Positions 42,608-51,200 of a DNA stretch of 54,028 nt are shown here, piece after piece. This stretch comes from a virus (Duplodnaviria > Caudoviricetes), in IMG/VR virus record IMGVR_UViG_3300006754_000024, positions 1 to 54,028 of that record, one strand, 5' to 3'. The notes below the pieces were generated by a model. It saw only the letters and a program-made list of their open reading frames with translations, ran no database searches and was not told the DNA's origin. Each line of letters opens with the position of its first letter. The stretch's first letter is position 1. The position numbers and the translations under genes were made by a program.

Positions 42608-45195
42608 TGCCTGGCTACAAGATCGTCCTTCGCAAAAACGGAGCCAAGCGTGGAGAGCTCACCGGCTACGCCACCAAGAGCTCGGCCGTCGCAGAGGCTC
42701 AGACCCTCGCTGACAGCGCCGGAGGCGGAGTCAAGGTGTACGTGGAGCCGGTGAAGGCCAAAGCCAACAGGAAGGCTCCCAGGCGTCGAAATACGCAGTT
42801 AAAAAGGGACCAGAAGGTAAAACTGAGCGATTCCGCTCTCTCCCGGAGGTACTCTGGCGATCGAGCTAAAGGAAAGCAGTGGCGGGGTACTATATTTGAA
42901 GTGGTCGGACCGCCAGGAAGTGGGGCGGGAGAATGGGGAGCCGAGATGTGGTCCGCCAACGGAGAAAAGGGGTACATCGTCGTAAACCAAACGGATCCTC
43001 ATGGGAGGTGGTACGCATTAGGAGATGTGGTCGCCGCATCCACCGCCACTAAGAAGGCTCCCAGGCGCAAGAAGAATAGCGACAGAGAGCTCGTCGCCTT
43101 CCCCGGAATAAGGAGGCCATCGGACTATCCGGGAGGAAAAAACAGCTACGACGAGGACTTCTTCCAGGGATACCGGGCCGGAGAGAAGGCCTTGGCTCGC
43201 AAACGCAAGACCCCTCTTTCGGGGGTGGACGCCGAGAGGTACTTTCGCAGGTATGGACATGGGCATGGTAGCTGGTGGATCAACGGATTCCGTGCCGCTA
43301 TCGCTGTGGACCGTGGAGAATATGCGACGAAGGACTACAAGATAGCGGTAAAGGTGGGCCTGGTTCATCCTCCGGGACGTTTCAATCCTAAGCGGAAGAA
43401 CAGGAAGACGAAGCACCGTCCAGGAAGCGCGAAGACCCCAGCTGGTTTTCTCTCCACCGAGGGCCAGAAGCTCGTGGTGAGGTCGAATATCACAGGGAAT
43501 ATCCTTCCTAAGAGCTGGACCGGGTTCGCTTTCAGCTTGGACGGAGACTCGGTCATGAAGATCGGGCGTTCGGGGGGCGAGCGTTCCTACGAGGTGGCCA
43601 AGCGGATTCGGAGATCGAACACCAGGAAGAACCCGACAACGGCCGAGGTCGCCAAGCTCGCAAAATGGCAGAACCTAACTGGGCTCTCGAAGTCGAAAAT
43701 CGACAAGCTCGCACAGGAAGCCTATCGCATGGGCGATGTAGGCCACATGAGCACGCTCCAGCTCGGGAAACACTTTTCTCGGTTCCTCCCCGCCAAGTCG
43801 AAGAGCACGCACACCAACCTGAGAGGATGGGGAGACTTTCTCTTCGAGCTCGGATGGTTGGAGCTCCCGCACCTTCCGCGTAAGAACCAGGGCTATGATC
43901 AAACCAAAAAGGTTCTTCAGCAGGCGTCTAAACTCATCGACCAGGGCAAATTCAAACAGGCCGATTCCTTAATCCGTGGTTCGGGTGGAAGCAGGGCAGA
44001 CCTATCGAATATTTTGGGCTCGTCCAGAATGAAGAAGATGGCAACCTGGGCTAGCGGTACCACCAGGCGGAAAAACTATTCGACTGGCGACGCCTGGCTC
44101 CAAGAGGCCGACACGGAAATGGAGGAGGAAGGCACCGTCGGAGCCTTCACCAAGCAGGCCAGGCGAGCCGGGTACAAGGATACAATGGCCTTCGCTCGAG
44201 CCGTCATGAAGGGCTGGCGGAGCGGGAAGAAAAAGGTCTACAACAAGAAGACCAGAAAGCAGCAAGGGATCACCCAAAAAACGATGTACCGGGCCAACTT
44301 CGCGATCAATGCTCAGAAGCGGCGGAATCCCCACGGAGCGCCCCAACGCATGACAATGGACCTGGGCGAATTCAGGTGGATCGCTGGCCCCTACTCGACC
44401 GTCGGGAAGGCAAACAAGGCGAAGGAAGCCTCTCACCATCGATCCTGGGGCGCCAGGTACCCCAAGACCTACACGCGCGTAAGGAAGGAAGGAGGCGCCT
44501 ACCATGTCTATTCTTACGATCCAGAGGTTGCCTCTCGTTACAACCCAGCATGGGGCGAGATGGCCGGCGCGGTAGGAAAGGGGCTCGGAAAGGCCGGCAA
44601 AGCCGCCTGGAAGGGCGCCAAGCGAGGAGCCCAGTACGGCTACGAGTACGGAAAGGAAGGAGCCGCTCGCGGAAAGGAGACGGCACAGGCGGCCGTGATC
44701 GCTGCCAACCTGAAGGACTTTCAGAGATGCGCCAAGAAGCTCCACATCACTCCGGGAGAGCTCCAACAGCTCGAGCCCTATGTCGACGCCATCGACAAGG
44801 CGCAGGCCCATATCGAGTCGACCCAAGAACGGCGCTCCTCGAGGGGAGCTCAGAGACAGACTGCTCTCGCCAAGAAATGGAACGGGAAGCGTCGGAATTC
44901 AACGCCTGGAAAACGTGGGTGGCACCCGGTACTTTTCGGCTCGAATCTGATAATCTCAGGTGTCGGCCGGGATACGAATGGGAACAAGGTCATCAAAGTT
45001 AGTTACCCCAACTCGAGAGCCTGGTCGATCCAGACTCTCGGAACGCCGATGCACGGGCTCTTGCGGGGCGTTACAGCGAGATATGAAATCCTGCCGGACA
45101 TCTCGAGCGCCATCGAGCCCATGCTCATCGACCACATCCGAAAGTACGGATCTGCAAAGCAAAAGAAGGGACTACGAGTCTACTCCGGCGGGTAG
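42607..45195 (+). CDS. Basic modular polyprotein of ~10 small modules separated by [RK][RK]N/NP
   Basis: TGATG start at 42607; delimiters every ~60-120 aa. Confidence 0.75.
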   Translation: MPGYKIVLRKNGAKRGELTGYATKSSAVAEAQTLADSAGGGVKVYVEPVKAKANRKAPRRRNTQLKRDQKVKLSDSALSRRYSGDRAKGKQWRGTIFEVVGPPGSGAGEWGAEMWSANGEKGYIVVNQTDPHGRWYALGDVVAASTATKKAPRRKKNSDRELVAFPGIRRPSDYPGGKNSYDEDFFQGYRAGEKALARKRKTPLSGVDAERYFRRYGHGHGSWWINGFRAAIAVDRGEYATKDYKIAVKVGLVHPPGRFNPKRKNRKTKHRPGSAKTPAGFLSTEGQKLVVRSNITGNILPKSWTGFAFSLDGDSVMKIGRSGGERSYEVAKRIRRSNTRKNPTTAEVAKLAKWQNLTGLSKSKIDKLAQEAYRMGDVGHMSTLQLGKHFSRFLPAKSKSTHTNLRGWGDFLFELGWLELPHLPRKNQGYDQTKKVLQQASKLIDQGKFKQADSLIRGSGGSRADLSNILGSSRMKKMATWASGTTRRKNYSTGDAWLQEADTEMEEEGTVGAFTKQARRAGYKDTMAFARAVMKGWRSGKKKVYNKKTRKQQGITQKTMYRANFAINAQKRRNPHGAPQRMTMDLGEFRWIAGPYSTVGKANKAKEASHHRSWGARYPKTYTRVRKEGGAYHVYSYDPEVASRYNPAWGEMAGAVGKGLGKAGKAAWKGAKRGAQYGYEYGKEGAARGKETAQAAVIAANLKDFQRCAKKLHITPGELQQLEPYVDAIDKAQAHIESTQERRSSRGAQRQTALAKKWNGKRRNSTPGKRGWHPVLFGSNLIISGVGRDTNGNKVIKVSYPNSRAWSIQTLGTPMHGLLRGVTARYEILPDISSAIEPMLIDHIRKYGSAKQKKGLRVYSGG

Positions 45196-45201
45196 TTCGG
45201 A

Positions 45202-48200
45202 ATGATCGAAGAACTCAAAAAGCGGATACGGAACGCTGGCACAGAGAGCTCGGAAAAACGAGAAGTACAGCGCGAGCTCGAGAGCCATGGACACCGGAAA
45301 CATCCAGAGTCCCACCAGGCCACCCTCGAAGACCGCAGGGTGGTACGCATGTACCTATGGAGGGCTACCCCGCTGGGGCACCTCTGCCTGGTTACCGGTC
45401 CCAGCGTGGAGCCCAGTCTCTACGAGCTCTACGAGGCCGCTCCAGGAGAAGAGCCCTCAGAGGTTTACTTCCCTTCAAAGCGAGGCAAGCCGGCTCTCAC
45501 CGTTCGCACGAATCCCCAGGCCCGAGTAGGCAAGGTCCGAGAGGCTAAGGACGGTAGCAAATACGTGCTTTGGAGGCCCGTATTAGCGGACGGCAGCCGA
45601 CCTCGCGTGTATCTGGACGCCGAGGAGCCGGGGATTGACGCCGAGCTCATAGATGTGATGGAAGCTCAGGAACAGCTGGCAGCTGGAAAGAGAGCGGTGG
45701 AGCGTCGCGTAAAGGAAGCCAAAAAGGAAGGGAAGCGGGGTATTTTCAAGGGAGGCTCCGGACGGAAGATCATAACTGGAGCTCCGAAGGCTAAGCCCAT
45801 GGAGCGGGCCGCCTCTCGCACGCCTCTTTTTGACTCTGAGGGAAAGGAATATCTCGCTACATATATGGTAATCCCAGCCCACAGGGACGGGATGGGAGAC
45901 CTTCGATCCTCGAACCTACCTGGTTCCTTCGAGGAGACTCCCCACTACCCCACCGTCTTCCAAGCCCGAAGCCTACAGCGACTCGGAGAGACGCGGAAGA
46001 TCGAGAAGATTGCCGCCAACCTGGACGCGGAAAGAGTTCTCCTCCCGCACAGCGATGCCACCCTGGGCACCCCGGTGGTCTGGGAGGGAGACGATAAAGA
46101 GCACAGAATCGCTGGAGAGCAAGTCTATACCCCGAAAGGCACCTACTATGTGCTGGGTGGGAACGGACGAGCAATCGCGATCCTGATGGCCCCCACGGGG
46201 AAATATCAGTCCTACTCGAGACGGGGAAGGTCTCTCTGGTCCGACGTGTGGCCCGCTGGGAGCTCTCCAGCTGGCACGAGAGACGTTCTGGTCCGCCTGG
46301 CCACCAAGCCCGACGGAACGCCACTGTCCTTCGCTCAGGCCCGTACTCTTGCGGGACGAACCCAGAAGAGCGCTTCTGGAGAAGAGTCTCCCATCGGAAA
46401 GGCTCTCTCGCTCATCCGTTCACTCGGCATCGAGCGCGTGGCCGATCTCCCGCCTTTTGTCTGGAAGGGGATAATCACCCAGGACAATGTGGAAGAGTTC
46501 CAGGAGTTCAATCCAGCCTTTGCGAGAGCGGTGTTTGCTTCGATGGGGGCAGCTCGAGCAGAGAGCTACCAGCAGGACTCGGCGCTTCTCGCTACGCTCT
46601 TCAACGACATTATGGTCGGCTACCTTCCCAGGCGCTTCCAGCTCCAAGGGTTCGTTTCTGAGAAACAGGAGCGAGCTCTACTCGCCGCTCTTCCTATTAT
46701 CGTCGCGATCCACCAGGGAGTTCAGGATCGATCGGTCCAAGACAAATGGGACCTTTTCCCGTTGCTCGATGCGGCTTCTCGTTTCGCCCAGGCAATCAAG
46801 AACAAGTCGGATTCGCAGGCGATTGCCATGGTCGAGGCCGCTGCCTCTCAGATTCAGATGGGCGAAGGCACGGGAATAGCGGAGAAGTTCAAGTCTCTGT
46901 TCGACGAACTCCCTCTCTTGGGTGTTTTGTTCGGCCTGGTCCTCAAGAAAGCAGAGAAGTCTCGCGACCCGGCATTGACGGTAGAGAAATACCTCACCCC
47001 CTACGCTGCCGCAGCATTCGATCCCGGAGAGAGCGCTGCCCAGTCGGGACTGTTTGCGGCTCCAGGCCGTCCCGATGCCGGCAAAGACCCCACCGAGATC
47101 CTTGCTACCGAGCTCGGCGTCCGCCTACCGCGCCGGATGCGCGAGGCGACGGTGGAGCAGGGGCGGTTGATCGCGAATCCCAAATTCCCCATGGGAGGAG
47201 AAAAAAAGCCGTGGGCTCCGGCGATGGTCGAGGCCATCGACCAGTTCCCGGTGGGCGCCATCGTCAAGCTTCGACCAACGCAGGGGTGGAGTCGCACATT
47301 CCCTCATCGGATCCTCTCCGATTCCGTCCTCGATAACCACTACCGGGTCGGAACCCACACCTGGATGGAGAACCTCCAGAGCGTATTCCTGGAGACGGAC
47401 CCCGTACACCCTGAGACTCACGAGCTACTGAGGGATAGTCGTGGTGGCAAGTACAACTACCAGGTGCTCGGTACCGAGGATGTGGAGCTCGTCTGGAGCC
47501 CAGAGCCAGAGCCGGACCCGGAGGAGAGCCAACAACGCCTCTTGAACCGGAAAGGACAGCTCCGCTTGCGGAAGGCCGGGAGCAGGATCCTCGAGGAGCT
47601 CTACCTACGCGGCCCTACCCCCTACGCTGAGACTCCCGAAGGAAAGCTCGCTGATGGACCGCAAGAGCTCCTCGATAAAGGGCTGGCGTCGAAGAAGACG
47701 TGCATCGCAGCTGAACATACCCTTTACGACCGGGAGACCTGTGTTCTGCGCCTGACGAAGAGGGGAAGGGACTACGCGAAGAATCGCCGTAGAGCCGAGC
47801 GCACGCACCAGGCCGCCAGGCAGGGGAAGCTGTGGAACAAAGGCCCCCACTATTTCGATGAACTCGGAGAGCTCGGAGCTCCGTCGATTGGTGAGAAGGG
47901 GTACAAGCCGGCTCCCGATTTCGGCAACGCCTACGGAGGGCAGACACCCTACGAGCTCGCGGACCGCCTGGTGGGGAACGCTGAGGTATTGATGGAAGAG
48001 CCCGAGCTCTACTGGGCCTACTGTGCCGAGCTCCCGGAGGCTTGTGGAGGCCTGGCCGATTCGGATTTCTCCTTAGCGGATATGCTTCAAGTCCCTTTTT
48101 CCGGTCCGGACGGAAAGCGAATGACTGAAGCGGAGCGGGCGGGAATTGCGCTTTCTGCCCTGGCCGTCACTGCGGAAGCGCTGCCTGACAGGTGGAGCGG

Positions 48201-51200
48201 AGAGAAGATCATACTCGGCGAGAGAAAGAGCAGGAAGGGACCCACTACCTTGATCGAGGCTCGAAGAGGCGACTCCGGGGAGGTTCCGATGTGGGCTGCG
48301 ACTGCGGCCCTTACCGACTGGCTGGCCTCGCTGGTTCCCGGCTATTCCCAGGTCTTGCGCCTGGTTAACATCGACAAGAAGACAGCACAGGACTTCATCG
48401 AGAAGCACCACTCGGCGCTCCCCTACCTAAACGCTCGTGGCCTGCTCTTTGCCCTTGGATTGATGAAGGGCTCCCGCCTGGTGGCCGTAGCGACGGTTAA
48501 CTCGAATACGGCCAACCTGAGCAAGACCCGTAGGGTATTGAGCGGCGAGCTCGACGTGAAAGATGTCCTCGAGCTCACCCGTGTGGCATCGGATGGGAGC
48601 GTAAAGGGGGCTGCGTCGAAGCTCGTGGCCCGTGTGATCGATATCATGGAGCAGGGCAAGCGGAGCGGAGGCGACGCACCCGCGCTCCTAATGACTTACC
48701 AGCTCGCTACCGAGTCTGGAACGACCTACAAGGCCTTGAAGGACAAGGGATTGAGGCCCGTGGCAGAGGTAAAGGGCTCAGCTCCGAGCGGAGCTCGTGG
48801 TGGAGACCCGGCCGAAGACCGAGCTCTGGCACAGGTGGACAAAATACGATGGGAGTGCTGCGTCGACCCTCCCGCGATGCGGGCGGACTGGGACATCCTG
48901 GGACGCGAGCAGAAGACTCTCTGGAACCCGAAGGAAGGGGAAACCTCCTGGTTCAAGGGGGATCAGGTTCGATTCACGGGTGCCCAGAGCGAACATGATG
49001 GGTTCTGGCAGGCCGTCTATATTGACGGGCACCGGAAAGGCCAGATCGTCTGGGTCTACCCTGAACATGCAGGCGTTCGGATGCTCCACGGAGAAGAAAA
49101 ACTCCAGCCCCGCGACAATCCGAAGAAGTCTCCGCCTGGCTCCTTCAAGTCCTGGGAAGAATACTATCTGTGGAAGATGAACGGGATCAACAGAGCCATG
49201 CTGATCACGGAAGACGCTATCCGAAGCATGGACCCGGAGCGAGCCAACATGCCCGGTGGCGCGGTGGCCCACTACCGCACCCTCGAGAAGAAACGCCGCG
49301 ATCTCCTCGAGCACATGGAGCTCGCAGGGGTGAAGCTCAGGAACCCCGGAGAGCCAGAGGACCGGTTCGCCCCCTTCCTGAACGCAAAGGTGGGCCAGGT
49401 GTTTCTGGTTAGGGCTACGGACTATCCTGGAGCTCCGAAACGGAAATGGATGAAAGACACGCTGCTGGCCTATCGGGTCTACAAAAAGCCCGATATCTCG
49501 GCGGTCGCGCCCTACCTTATCGACCCGGAGGGCGCTGAGATCGAGGTCGAGCCGGTAGGCGGCACGAAGGGACGCGACGGAACCTTCCTAATCCGACCCA
49601 ATTTTGAGAAAGATAAGCTCCGCACTATGATCCTCCTCCGGGATAAAAACGGCCACCATGTGACGGGGCACCCCATCGAGTTCGTCCGCCATGCTGCCGG
49701 CCACTTGGATCTACCCGCTGAGAGCTCGGGCCAGACGGTGATGTTCAACCCCGAAGAAGCACCCGGCCAGGTAGAGTTCGAGTTCCTGGGAGCGGTGCCC
49801 GTTCTTCACTTTGCCTCTGGGACGAACAGGCCTGGAAGTATCCGGGGATTCGCAGACCTGGGCAAAGCCGTGGGCTCTGCCTTCGCCTCTGTAGACAAAA
49901 AGTCCGGCCGCTGGGTTCGCGAATGTCGCGGACCCTGTCTCGAGGAGCTCGCTCGAGCCGCTTCGTTGGGTATACCGGTGTTTCTGGATTCAGGTGCATT
50001 TAGCGAGGTCGACTTCCCCGAAGACGGTCCGCCAGTTGTAGCGGTGCCCATACCAGAAGAGAGCTGGGCCGAGAGGTTCGATGTCTATCGTTACCTGGCC
50101 GACGCGGGAGGGAAACTGGCCAACGTGGTAGCGCCCGACATGGTAGGCCACCAGGTGGAGAGCTTTCAACGCCTATCCGCCTACAAAGACGAGGTGAACG
50201 AGCTCCTGGATATGGGCGCATCGGTTCTCGTGCCGCTCCAGTTAGGCCCGATTCCGCTTCACGAATATCACGACCAGGTCGACGAGCTCCTGGGCCGGAA
50301 GGACTGGATCCCAGCTCTTCCGTTCCAGAATGCGGCTACCTCCCCTACGCAGCTGGGAGAATACCTGCGCAAAAAGACTCCAGTTCGTCTTCATCTCCTG
50401 GGAATAGGACCCAGGAAGAAAGCAGCTACAGCCGTGGCTCAAGAGATCAGAGAGAACTCTCCGGGTACCCAGGTACAGATGGACAGTGTGGTGATCAAGG
50501 CGCACGTAGGGCGCAAGAGACGGAAGACCGGAGATCCTCGAGGGGAGATAACAGCTGCTCAAGACGAGGCTCGAGAGCAGCTGCTCGAGGAACGCTACAT
50601 CGGCTCCCAGCGAGAGTCCGTTCCTGACTACACGGACCTGGTAGGAATGCCGAGCTCCTGGGCATCCGAGGCGGCACTGAAGCGACTCTCGAGTGCGGCC
50701 CAACTCTCGAGCTCGGAGCGGAAAGAGCTCATCGCCGACCCCGACGAGTTCTTCCAGCGCGAAACCTTCGCTGGCATCGATCACGGGATCCCGTTCTACC
50801 TCGAGCTCGAGCAACCTATTGAGCTCGAGCTCGGTAAGCGTTTCCACTCTCTCGAGACTTTCGAGGCCCAACGCATGGGAATCCGAGAGGGGCTCAAGGG
50901 AATCTACCCAGGGGGCCAGGAATACATTACCAACCCGGAGCAAGAAGAGGGGCACGTTCCGGGAATCGACACTCCGGGACATCCCGGACTTCAGATGGGT
51001 CTTTTCGGTGGTGCATCCTATTCGGACGAGCAAACCGCATCGCCTGGCAGAATAACTATCTTGAACATGGGACTTGGCCGCGACTCGCTCACCATGCTCT
51101 GTCTGCTCGCAGATGGAGAGCTCGTCTGGGACGGTAAGAAACACGGACCCGAAGACGTGGACGCCGTCGTGTTCTCCGATACAGGCGGAGAATGGAAGCA

